A stretch of DNA of 60,708 nucleotides, filler included, from Sphacelaria rigidula (lineage: Eukaryota): the NCBI GenBank assembly GCA_964200075.2. It is 10 parts of 10 records of this genome, joined end to end, with 100 filler letters (N's around TTAATTAATTAA, not from the genome) between each part and the next. Parts side by side here need not be neighbours in the genome. Positions count along the whole stretch, not along the records: positions 36,488 to 42,468 come from CAXNAA020023034.1; positions 42,569 to 48,548 come from CAXNAA020023035.1; positions 48,649 to 54,628 come from CAXNAA020023036.1; 7 more parts are not named here. One strand, 5' to 3'. Positions within the stretch are counted from its first letter, which is position 1. Every line of letters starts with the position of its first letter. Below, in pieces: positions 37,724-49,578 of this stretch. The translations under genes and the position numbers were made by a program. The notes under the pieces are model-generated. The model did not search any database and was not told where the DNA came from. It saw nothing but the letters and a program-made list of their open reading frames with translations.

Positions 37724-39988
37724 GTTTCAGACGATGATCCGCAATCCAGAGTACAACGAGTTCTTGGACTACATGTGCCCCGACGCTCGAGCTCAGGGCA
37801 CAACTCCTCCTATCGGCACGGACCCACTCATGTGCCCAAGAACGATCCTGGGAACCTGGGACGATCACGACTTTGGATGGAATGATGGGGACGGGAGACT
37901 GGAGCAAAAATGGGTGAGATTTCGAAGTTGCACGTAATATGAGTATCGAGGGGACGGGTATTCCCGGGAACGGTTCCCATTATCGGCCTGGCGTTCACCG
38001 CGTCGGTTTGCTCCTTTCGATTTCTGTATGTTTTGTTCTCCTTTCCCTTTCGTGAGGGGCGGGGGGGGGGGGGGGTACTAATGATCTTGCATGCCATAGT
38101 CATCTGACTATTGACCTCGCATCCCCACAGAGCCGATACGGACCACGCCGGGTTTTCTCCGGCCCAGACTCGCAACCAGTCAACAAGCGCGAAGCGCCGT
38201 GGTGTGCTCAGCGAGTCACATGAAGGGCGAGCTGCATGCTGCTAAGATTGTGAGGGGCGGAGGGGGTAGAGTTCGCTTTTGTTCGCCGTTTTTGTTCTGA
38301 AGTCTCCTTGTACTTCAGCGGGTGTTGCTTTTTTTGTGTGTGTTTTTCGTCAATTTACCTGCCTTAACCCTTTTGGAACCCATTGACGATTTTGTTTTTT
38401 GTGAATCGGGATCAGTTTCAGTCATTTTCAGGGCAAAATGATGCCGATTCACAAAAACAAAACCCGTCAGTGGGTTCCCAAAGGGTGGAGCGATGCCCCC
38501 GGTAGGGGTGCGCATGTTTTTTTCTGAGGCTCCTTGCTGCAGGAGCCTCTCGATGACAGATATCTTGGCTTTAGTGTGCATGCTTAGAAAACGGTTGGAC
38601 TTCGAACTGCAACCCTACCCGCGGAATCACTCCCTTGATAACGTTCGTCTTGTGCCCGTGACTGGGTTCGTAGTGGATCATGGTCAGGTATTGTTCGACG
38701 CTTGGGCATGGGAGCACGCATTCGATTGCCGTTACACTGGCCGCACCTCGGTGATCAAAGTGATATCACACACCAGGTAGTGTGGCAGAATTCTCATGTT
38801 GGAATCTAGACAAGAATCGCTAGTGTTATTTTTGTCTCATGTCGTCCCAAAAGCATGGGGATCAGTGAGCGAGCGAGCAGAAACACAAAGACGAAACCCA
38901 GCGAAATCGAAGGGATAGAGTGAACGGAATAAAGAATGAAGCGAAACAAATGAACGAACAAACATATTCGAAAAAGCTAGCTAGCCAGGCTGAGGACTAG
39001 TGCTGCACCGGTTCGACGAAACCCCCGACAGCTCAGTCGTCACGGCTTCAAGTGAAGAGACCCTACAAGCAGCAAGGCTCTGTGAAAAAAGCTAGCGACT
39101 CAGCTGCCTGAAGATGGCACTATTTGGGCAGGAACTCTCAGTCGCCGCCTCTGCACACAACGTGGACAAACGGATACCGTGAGTTCATTTGATTGGTTGT
39201 CGCCCGGTCACCGATCCCCGATCAATCCGTTCAGCACCGGTGGTGTATTCGTTTTGGTTTTCTGTAGTGAAAGGCATGAAGATGTGAGTCAACAAAGCGA
39301 TCGATGAAGATGGCGGTGATGCGGAAGTGTGTTGACAGTCATCATCTGAGGCTCGGAAGATGTGTCTTGTAGGTGATACCGCGGGAGAGGTAGACGGATT
39401 GATCTCTCGAGACCTTGAAACGAAGGACTCGTCCGGAGGAGAGGAGGCGGTATAATCATGATCGTGCATGCCCTAGTCATGTGGCCGTTGATCTCGCATC
39501 TCTAACAAGCGGGGACGGAACACGCCAGGGTTTCGCCCGCTCAGGCTCGCAATCAATCACCAAGCGCGAATCGCCGTGATCTGCTAGTCGCATGAAGGGT
39601 GAGCTGCATCGTGCTGAGTTTTTTCGTCTCGAAGCGTACTGATTATCTTGCGTATGGATGACAGTCTCGCATGAGGTGCTCCATTTTCTGTTATCACCAT
39701 TTCCAGAGACAGCCAAGGATAACACTGCCTCATGGGTATCTCGCCATGGGGTAGGGGGACAAGAGGGGGAGGAGGCTCAGAGAGCTACATGTACGGAACT
39801 CATGATGAATGTTGGGTCCCGAGGTATTTTTTTCCGTTCCTCCGCCGCCTTCTCCCGTTTGCGGTCAGGTTTTCAAGAATTTGTTCTTGGATGCTATCGG
39901 AGAGCGCAGAGACAGTCCTCGGAGAAATGCTCACCAGGGAATGTGGCACAAGCATGTCTTCAATGAAGGGACGGACAGAGAAATAGAG
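37724..39988 (+). CDS. PhoD-like alkaline phosphatase D / metallophosphoesterase, internal exons ~37724-37913 and 39869-39988
   Basis: TMIRNPEYNEFL...ILGTWDDHDFGWNDGDGRLEQKW|VFKNLFLDAIGERRDSPRRNAHQGMWHKHVF. WDDHD is the PhoD metal-binding motif, and the junction is phase 0. Confidence 0.85.
38363..38485. mobile_element. Small piggyBac-like MITE (second family)
   Basis: ttaa-cccttttggaacccattgacg ... cgtcagtgggttcccaaaggg imperfect TIRs. Confidence 0.55.
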
Positions 39989-42054
39989 GTGATGCTGTGT
40001 GATAGCTCTTGCTTGTTTATTTTTTCCACACTCCTTCTTTGTCCTAGTGTTTGTTTTTTCTTGGTTTCACTCGCGTTTCTTCTTTACCGGGCGTCTGCCT
40101 GGTAACCACGGCTGAAATTTTAGCGATCAAGTGAGCCTATCAATCAATCGGCGGTGGTCAGGATAAGATATACTCTCGGGTACCCCGGATTTCTCTGGAT
40201 ACCCCTTGTACTCTAGATGAACATCGATTATTTCCGACAATCGACCCCTGCGTACCCTGGAAGACGAGTTGATTTTGCCATTTTACACTGCGAGTATCGT
40301 GGAACATCGTGCACTTGAAGAACTTGAAAAATCTCAAATGTGATGCCTTTGCGTGCGCTGACGAAAAGGAGGGCATCGTGTGTACCACCTTTGCGGGAAA
40401 TGCAACGAAACGCATCTCACGGTTCACTATACTGTACATTTCTGGATGCAGCGCATGCATGTATGGTGCTTGGGGGGGTAATGCCGAGTTTTTACGGTTT
40501 TGTGCAATGCGCGTACACGTAGGGTATTGAACCGGCAACAGGGATGCCCACACTCACGTGTGTTGTGATGTCTCAACAAGAGTGAGCTGAATGATCTACG
40601 CTCGCTTTTCCCCGCGCAACTACCTTTGTTGTTGCACCCCTCTTAGTGTCATTTTCCAAACTCGATTTTTTCTTACGGTATTACCCCGCGCTGTCGCACC
40701 CCCCCTGATGTCATTTTTCACACTTGGTTTTCTACTACCGAGACGCACCCCCCACCAGAGTAGTGACGGCTGCTGCACGTTGCTGCTGGGGACTCTTCCG
40801 ATCGCGGGTCTGAGTAATATGTTGGTGCGATGTTCGAAACAATCACTTTTCCTCCCTCTCGCGCCCCCTGGATTCACACTCCGAGCTGGATTCTCTCAAG
40901 ACGCGAGAGCTTCGTTGCACTGTCGAGTAGGTGGATAGTGTCTATCGATAGAGCTATCGCAACGAAATGTATTTTATATCAATAACCTCGGATGGGGAGG
41001 GAAACGAGTAACGGCATACCAGTAAGCAACCATGTATTCCGTAGGAGAAAGTAGTTGTATTCATATTTTTACATTCACAATACTTGTACAGACGCAAAGG
41101 CAACCGAGGAAATGAGTATTCATGAAGGAATATGAAGGAAAACAGGAGACAAGGTGCAGGAAAAGCAGAGAGAAGCATCCCTCCCACAAAAAACCCCGAA
41201 CCAATCCAAACCAAACCAAACCAAGACGTTGCTGTCGACAAAGTCGAGTCTGGATCATGGGCCCAGATTTTTCTCATCCGGACGCTCCTAAAATTAGGAG
41301 CTACACAAGAATATGGGTCAGGGCATCCCCGTTATCGATTTTAATCCGGGACATCTCCAATCCATTGGGGTGCTAGGTCGTTTTTTTGGTGAGATAGAGG
41401 ACTTCAACAACGTGAACCCCGGAAAATATTTGTGCACCCCTACTGTTGCACCGCTCCTCTCTTTCTGCGAAAGTCGGTGTACAGGCTCGACGTGGGCTGT
41501 GGGTATCTTGCCTTCGCGTCGAGATTGAGTTTTGAGAGGTTTAGGGCTGGCACGGACAGCTCCACCTTGCGCAATATCTGTATCCACGTTTTGGCTGAAA
41601 TGGGTGATAATGTATGTACCGTACTTACTTTTGTCTTTTACCCCCAATAAAAATGACTGCTCTCAACCACATCACGCTGCCGCGGTCCTTGTGGTGAAAA
41701 AAAGAAGACACTGTGCGTCAGCAAAATCATTGTACTGGCCGATTGTCTAACTACGACCTTCTACAATATCGTCATCCTTCACGGGACTGTCAGGAGCCAC
41801 AGCAGACCGTGCGCAGCTACACCGGCCAACTTGTATCTCACAACACAAGCGACACGTCAACCCACCGGCGAAACCGTGGTCGCCTACTATCAACAGGTCA
41901 CCGAGTCAAAACATGGCGCGAAGTAACGCGGCACCCCGGGCGCTTCGAAGATGAAGCAAAAACGAGGACAACCACGTGACAACCAACTCTTCATTACTGC
42001 AGATACGAATGTATAGACAAAAGCTATACGTACTCCCTCTTCCCCCCGCCTCCC

Positions 42055-42395
42055 CCTTACAACTGGATCTGGGAGAATGAGTACACGCCCAAGAGGTGGA
42101 GAGAGGCAGTAGTTGTCTATCTTTTCAAAAAAGGAGACAAGGCTTATCCAGGAAACTATAGAGGAATAGCGCTGCTGAGCACGGTAGGGAAAACATTCTG
42201 TAAGATTCTGAACGATGGAGTTGGCACGATGCTAGAAAAGGAAGACAAAATCAACGAGGCACAAGCAGGATTCAGACCAAACCGTAGTTGCGTAGACCAT
42301 GTGCACACACTAAGTAAGATTATTCAGGGTAGGAGAGACACCGGGCGGGCAACGTACTGTTTCTTTCTAGACATGCAAAAGGCTTATGACACAGT
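42055..42395 (+). mobile_element. Non-LTR reverse transcriptase N-terminal core fragment
   Basis: PKRWREAVVVYLFKKGDKAYPGNYRGIALLSTVGKTFCKIL...QAGFRPNRSCVDHV...FFLDMQKAYDTV, which are canonical LINE RT motifs. Confidence 0.93.
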
Positions 42396-42660
42396 ATCAC
42401 ACGTCGGACAGATCAGTTTCTATGCGATCCAGCTCCTACAGGTGAAGTATGGACACACTTGTGTACCTNNNNNNNNNNNNNNNNNNNNNNNNNNNNNNNN
42501 NNNNNNNNNNNNTTAATTAATTAANNNNNNNNNNNNNNNNNNNNNNNNNNNNNNNNNNNNNNNNNNNNTCAAACTTCGAGTACTTAAAGTATGACTATTC
42601 AAAAATACTGAGTATTGAGTATACTCTACTCAACCTACCCTTGGATCCTTGTTGAAAGGA

Positions 42661-44202
42661 CAATATACAAAAAAGGGTGCATCTTCATGTTTTTGGAATA
42701 AAAATGGGTGACGTATTCTCCAGTTTGGGGCGCGGCGTTGCACGCGGCCTAAACACCACGAAAACATGTTCCAGCGCCTAAACCCCATGTCCGAGGTCTC
42801 TGCGCAGCATGCCCGACCACATCTTTTGTTTTCCATGCGTAGCAAAAGGCTTAAGTACGACGCGGAAGAGGGAAGCCTGCTAGAATACTCCCAACTCGCT
42901 GCTAAAAAATTATCAATTTCCCTTCAACTGTGTACCCCTTAATGCTCAGATTAATACCCTTCTTTGTGAAGTGTTGACGGTACCGCCGGCTCCGCAGCGG
43001 ATACGCCGACCAGTCAAAACCATATTCATCTTTCATTTTTCATGGAATCATACCCCGCCAAAAAGGCCGAAACCCAAGGACCAAGAAATTGTAGCCCCCT
43101 GCTGCTTGGCTCGCAGACCCGGAATATCCAATGATGCATCCAGGGCGCGAACAATTGTGTGCCGGAGGTCACGAAGATCCAACGAACATGTGTGAAAACA
43201 TATGCCGACACACACACGCGCGAACCGCATCATGTGGCGTCACCATGTGGAACATCAGAGAGGCGACCTATAGTTATGGGCGAATACTACGGTTGATTGT
43301 TTCGAACAAATTAAAACTAACACTATCCGTAACCCTAACCCCTACCCATGGCGTACGACACCCTCGGGCAAGGGGGTTGCATAGGTTCCCCGAGGCGAAG
43401 TGTGCGTTGGCAGACCTCAAATCGACGCCGCAGGCGCCGTTTTGGACAAAAGCACGTTCTGGACGAGCGGGTTCCACTGGTCACCTACCTCAAACCATAG
43501 AATTTCTCATACGTTTCACCAGTCTAAAATCAAGTTGTCATCCTGTCAATCATATATTTTCGGCCAAAGCATGAAATCTACTGATATCAGACCATTGTGG
43601 GATCTACAACTTACGGTTGCAAGATGCTTCACACATGCTCGTTGGATCATTGTGGGCTCCGGCACACAAGCGTTCGAGCCCTGGAAGCATCGTCGGATCT
43701 TCCGAGTCTGCGGGCTAACCAGCAGGGGGCTACAATCTCTCGGTCATTGGGTTTTGGTCTTTCTGGCGGGGTGTTGATTTAAAAAAATATGGGTATGACT
43801 ATGACTGGTCGGCGTAGCCTCTGCGTAGCCGGCGTACGGTGATCACTTCACAAAAAAAAGTATGAATTCGAGTATTCAAGGGTACACGCGTGAACCGAAA
43901 AGGAAAAAATAGTAAATTTTCAGCAGAGAGTACTCGTAGGGTGTACCCTCCTGGTTTGTCGACAAAAAAGGGTACTCTAGCATGCTTCCCTTCTACGCGT
44001 CGTAGTTCAGCCTATACCTACGTGTAAAAACAAAACACATGGTCGATCATGCTGCCCTGACACCTGGGGCGTGAGGCTGAGGCGCTGGAACGTGTTTTCG
44101 AGGTGTCCAGTCGGTGTGAAGCGCCGCGGCCCAAACCGAAAAATGCGTTCCTCATTTTTGTTGCGAAAACATGAGAGCGTACCCTTTTTTGTGTACGTAT
44201 TG
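42661..44202. mobile_element. Large foldback element: ~550-bp diverged inverted arms (42661-43200 and 43620-44202) around a ~420-bp spacer
   Basis: Collinear reverse-complement matches, e.g. gtagccccctgctg / cagcagggggctac, acgccgaccagtca / tgactggtcggcgt, gttccagcgcct / aggcgctggaac. Confidence 0.8.
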
Positions 44203-44513
44203 CCATCGTTGAAACCAAGAAACCAGAAATGAAGTTATAAAAACCTGGTAACCAAACCAACGCGTTAGTTACTACGACACTGAGTGGCTTGTTCAGGCAT
44301 ATTCTCAGCCGAAACGAACACGCAAAATAAGACAGCATGGTGGAGCGTCAGCCGCAACTACTGCTTGAAGGTGGTGAACTGATGAACGTCAACATAATGC
44401 ACGCGTGTCATTGATCATTGACACACAGGCCCGACTTGACTCTCAGAAAAAAAGAATGAGAAAAAAAACAGAGGGAGAAGAAGAACACTTGCAGAAAACA
44501 AGAACAAACGCAC

Positions 44514-44740
44514 CGGAAAATCATCGAAGAATATGGCATCGTACTGCCCAAGCGTCGGCAGCGAGGTCTGCCAGAAGCCCTCCACGATTCGAACTCCGGT
44601 TCGCGCTTTCGCCCACTCGCTGAGACGTGCCAGCACTACAGGATCAGGCTCCATAATCGTGTGTGATCTGGGAGAAAAATCTTGGATACGATCCGCCGAG
44701 TATCCACAACCGAAGCCGATCTCGAGAACGTCGCTTTCCT
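44514..44740 (-). CDS. Exon of a class I SAM-dependent methyltransferase, RMT2/guanidinoacetate N-methyltransferase-like
   Basis: DVLEIGFGCGYSADRIQ...SHTIMEPDP...VRIVEGFWQ..LPTLGQYDAIFFDDFP, bounded by AG and GT. Confidence 0.88.
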
Positions 44741-44865
44741 CTAGCATCAAGATTCCGAGGGAGGAGCAGGGCGGGGGGGGGGGTGCGTACTCATTAGTTG
44801 CTTGCCACAGTCATAGATTATCGACTTCGCATCCCTGTGACGACTGAGGAGGGGGGGGGAGGGGG

Positions 44866-45980
44866 GCGTACTCATTTGTTGCTTGCCTTAGTCGTGTCAT
44901 CATTGACCACGCATCATTGACCACGCATCCCTTTCGAGACGGAGCACCGTTCCTACTCCTAATAGAGACACCTCCAACATTCCGGCACTCATTACGTTTC
45001 TTCTATACATTACACAAAAACCTATCACATATCTTATTCCTGTCCTGTTTCGCCGTCTGTGGCCGCCATCTGTCTCCTAGTAAAGCCATCGTTTTCTCGC
45101 TATTGCCTAATGCATGAAACGATTCCATGCCACCTTTGTTCACGTCCTGCATCTCTCCCTCTAGCACGTCCCGCTCCTCCTTGTATAGTTCACATTCTGT
45201 CACTTTATGACTTCTGCTCTCTATTGCTTTGCCACGGAGGCAGTTCTGTCCATCTACTTCCTCCTCCTTTCGACGACTGGTATATCTATTTCTTCTTTCT
45301 GGCAGGTCTAGGTCCCCCACCCCAAATCGCACCTTCAATTTTTTCGCCGCGCCCATGGGGTCATGCAAATATATTTTCATCCCTATCCCCTCCCTCAACG
45401 CCCCGTGTATCTTCAGGTGTTCCTAATCGTCTGCTTTGCATATGAGCGCTCCCTTTCCCCTTATTTCTATCATGTATCTTACTTTTGGCTTTTACCCCGC
45501 GCCTTCATCGATGGACAGTATTTCGTCTTGGTTTCCTCCTATTTCCTTCCATACTTTCTAGACTTCTCTATCCCACCTTATTGCAGCCCGCCCCTTCGTA
45601 CTTTTCTTCCATACAGCCTTATCAACTACAGCTTACTGTCTCTCTCTCTGCATGCTTTTTTAGCTACATAGCCATCGTAATTTCCTCATGTCTGTTAGTT
45701 TCAAGTGGGTACATTCCCAATTCTGCTCTCGATTCTGCATGACTCGTCGTTTTCGAGCATCCAAGTATTTCCTTAGCTAGTGCCATCTGTACTATTTCTA
45801 CCTTCTCCACCAAGTTCACGTTCCCCTCCTACACGTCTCCTGCATATTCCAGCTTTGGTACGATCACGTTCATCAGGATACATCTCTTGATCCTAGTGTC
45901 TAGTTGGGAGTCTCTGAGAATCACGTCCATCCTGCTATCTGTACTTTACCCTTTTCTAATACTTTGTTCATGTGTGCATC
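44866..45980 (-). mobile_element. Family A LINE, 5'-truncated (~1.1 kb)
   Basis: ORF 45003-45398 is homologous to 971-1642. Flanked by G-tracts on both sides. Confidence 0.88.
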
Positions 45981-46039
45981 CCAAGGTGGGGGTGGGGGTG
46001 GAGTGGGGCGTACTCAGACGGGGTGGAGTGGGGGGAAAC

Positions 46040-46480
46040 ACTTATTTTTTGCTGGCCCTAGTCATTTGACCATTGACCACGCATCCCTTTCGAGACGGAG
46101 CACCGTTTTCTACTCTCAAGAGAGACACCTCCAACATTCGGGCGTTCATGGCGTTTCTTCCATACACTACATAAAAATCTTCTACATATCTCACCCCCTC
46201 CCTGTTCCGTCACCTGTGGCCACCACATATCTCCTAGAAGAGCGATCGTTTTCTCGCTACTATCTAATGTATCAAACGATTTCATGCCGCCTTTGTCAAC
46301 TTCCCACCTTTCCCCCTCTAACGCGTCCCGTTCCTCCTTGTATAGTTCACACTCCGCCACTTTATGAGTTCTACTCTATTGCTTCGCCTTAGGGGCAATT
46401 CTGTGCACCTGTTTCCTCCTCCACTCGACTACTGGTACACCTCTTCTTTCTGACAGGTCCAAGTCCTCCGCCCGAAATCG
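46040..46480 (-). mobile_element. Family A LINE 3' fragment, tandem to the previous copy
   Basis: ORF 46058-46360 (AECELYKEERDALEGE...IALLGDMWWPQ). Confidence 0.85.
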
Positions 46481-46538
46481 CGACGGAGGAGGATATTGTT
46501 GTCATCACACCATCACTAATATTGTCGTTATTATTTTT

Positions 46539-47749
46539 TACGAGCTGGGCCAGCGGAGAAGCGATTCTGTAGTTTGCAGGCCCATTATACGGCCAATATT
46601 TAGAGTTAGACCCTGAAATTTGGTATGGACAATGAATAGGGCATGATAAAAAAAATTACCAGTACACACAAGGTTTTTATTTTATTTTTTCATGAGTCAG
46701 GGGCATTTTACCGATATCTGAAAACTGATTATTGCCTTCAACTCATGAAGAAAAAAAAATCGTGTGTAATAGTAGTTTTTTTCATTATGCCTCATTTATT
46801 GTCCATACCAAATTTCAGGGTCCAACTCTAAGTATTGGCCGTATAATGGGCCGTTTAGTGACGGGGTCAGAAGAAATTCGGAACAGTATTTTGCAGGCCA
46901 CTTACCGGCCCACGTTTAGTGTTTGTGTATTGAAACTTTGTGTGGGCCGTGGCTAGGGCATAATTGACGAAACTAAGTGGGTCAGGTTGACTTTTCTTAT
47001 TTTTTCACCGGTTTAGGGCGTGTTAGTATGGAAACCGCCATTGTTTTACGATAACGCCCGAATCTCTCCCAAAAAAACACGAGGGCCCATTTTTTTCTTT
47101 AAAATAGCGTACCTCTGTGGCTCTTTATCCTGAGTTTCAAATTACTATTGTATGAATTGAGCTAAAAAATTGAGATAAGGCCCAAAAGCAGTGTTCATTT
47201 CTCCTCGAAACCGCCCCAAAAACCCGAAAAAAATGAAAAAAAATGTTTTTTTTATTAAACTGTGTTTATAGGCTTTATTATGCACTAGCGGTTCTCCATA
47301 CGAAATTTTATGGCATAACTCTCAAAAATTGAGACGCGATATCCAGGTTGAGCTAATCTAGCGCATCTGCTCGTAATATACTGATTTTAGTATGTAAACT
47401 TATGTGTGCCATATCTCGAGATAGATTACGAATTAGGTGAAGGTGAGGGTATACATCGTCTCCTCGTGCTCCAGAGAATGTCCACACCAAAATTCGTCGT
47501 CATCCGCCGAATGCATCGATCGGGGGTTTCATGGAGATTTCAGTATAGACGCTATCTCCTTTGGGTATAGGAATTACTAGACATGGGGTTTAATCAACGA
47601 GAAAATATGGGCCCAAAATTTTGAGTAGATAGGCACCTTCCCCTTGGTTAGACGATCAATACAATATGCGGATCATCGCCCAACTCGTCCGTGTCGACGA
47701 GATATTGCTTTGAGAGCTTAAACCCGTGTCTAGGCTGGCCCAGCTCGTA
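46539..47749. mobile_element. Complete ~1.2-kb non-autonomous DNA transposon, Tc1/mariner-like (TA plus 14-bp TIR)
   Basis: tacgagctgggccagc at 46539 and its exact reverse complement at 47734-47749. Internal hairpin at 46579-46852. No ORF. Another end of the family is at ~31526-31542. Confidence 0.85.
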
Positions 47750-47803
47750 CTATCATTTTCACTATTATTACTATTTTTAGTACCATTATTATTATCACAT
47801 ATT

Positions 47804-47810
47804 ACTACTG

Positions 47811-47855
<45 letters not shown>

Positions 47856-47856
47856 T
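47804..47856. repeat. (TAC)n microsatellite; also (ACA)n at 49331-49375 and (TTG)n at 35849-35879
   Basis: Visible trinucleotide runs. Confidence 0.95.
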
Positions 47857-48648
47857 CAACCTTATCATTACTACTACTATTAAGCTACATCATCATAATT
47901 GTTTCAGAGGATGAGCCCGATCTCTCAAACGCACGGTTGCGGACATAGGCTCGACTTTACAGTACCGTCACTACTATTCCGCACATGAGATAGAAGCGCT
48001 CCTTGAGCGGCTTCTTCTGCGACTCCGATCACAAAGCAAAATGAAAAATATAACAATAAGAGAGAGACAAGCGACAGAAGAAAAAAATAACCCACCCAAC
48101 TTGGTCGGACTTACTTTTCCCGTATAATTGTCTGCCACGTGACTAGTATAACATGGCTGGCAGACTGATCTCACGATAGAAGCTGCAACCCATGGTATGT
48201 GCTGGTGAAAGATGTTTTATTCTCACCCCGAAAACAGAGAGACATGCATGGTTCAATCCACGACGATGCAGCAATTCTACGCACACCCAGACACGCGCAC
48301 ACGCGCACACACACGCCAGCTTCACAAACTCTAAATACCGTGACTTTTTCGTGAGCCTCTCTCTCCTTCACTACGCTGGGATTTGAACCCTGGTTCACTT
48401 CACTACCCTCGTACCTAACCGTGACCCCGTAAGGGGGAGGTATACTCATGGTCATGCATGCCATAGTAAGACCATTGACCGCGCATCCCTGCAATGCCGG
48501 GACGGAGCACGCCGGGTTTTCGCCGGACCAGGCTTGCACTCAATCACCNNNNNNNNNNNNNNNNNNNNNNNNNNNNNNNNNNNNNNNNNNNNTTAATTAA
48601 TTAANNNNNNNNNNNNNNNNNNNNNNNNNNNNNNNNNNNNNNNNNNNN

Positions 48649-48863
48649 GCTATACTAGGAGATGGATGGTGGCCAAAGACGACGAAACAGGACGGGGATA
48701 AGATATGTAAAAGGTTTTTGCGTATTGTATGGAAGAAACGTTTTGAGCGCCGGAATGTTGGAGGCGACTCCATCAGGAGTAGGAAAGGTGCTCCGTCTCG
48801 AAAGGGATGCGTGGTCAATGGTCGAATGACTAGGGCAAGCAACAAATGAGTACGCCCCCCCCC
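48649..48863 (+). mobile_element. Family A LINE 3' end
   Basis: Homologous to 1620-1830 and ends ...gcaagcaacaaatgagtacg-ccccccc. Confidence 0.88.
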
Positions 48864-49330
48864 GACAATACTTGTGGCTCTGCACGTCTGCGCGAGTTTT
48901 CGCACAACGGTGTAGCAACATGTTTGCCTAAAATTACTGTGGTTCTCATGCATATATATATATATATATGGAGTTGTGCAGAGCCACGGACATCATGATG
49001 ATGAACGTGAAGAGACAGCCTGGTTTAGTACTGCTCACAAAGAAAGCAGGCTCTTGACTCGCACTGGTTCTCCATCTGCCGAAATTAAGTGACCGTAGTG
49101 GTTGAATCGAGAATCAGCTGAAATTATTATCGGGTGTATAAACATAACTTACCATTTTGAAGTATATACTACGTAGAACGATATATCGCAATATTTCGAC
49201 AATATATGTACTTGTTCCTAACAAGTGCTCATTAAAATCCCTTTTTGCCATCATGTATCGTTTGGTGCGCACTCGTTTTTGTCACCCTCATCCATTCATG
49301 AGGTGCATGATTCCGAAATCAAAGGCAAAC

Positions 49331-49375
<45 letters not shown>

Positions 49376-49578
49376 GCCGGGAGTAAATAACCGAGCAAAC
49401 GCTTGCCTCGTCTTTGTTGTTGTTCTCGCACTAAACATATTGCACATTTCCTCGTGTTGATTCCCGCCTGTATACGTCGCTCATTACTAACTGCCTCTCG
49501 CCGTGCACCATTTTGTCCCCATACCAATTGTAACGTCCGACTGGTCGTAAAACCCCACCTCCCTTTGTTCACCACCAG

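Noticed and set aside
43325..43345. Telomere (CCCTAA) tract
   Set aside because: Only 2-3 degenerate units inside a dispersed repeat, and not at a chromosome end.
47656..47914. Poly-Val/poly-Thr ORFs (also 49157-49602)
   Set aside because: Translations of TAC and ACA microsatellites.
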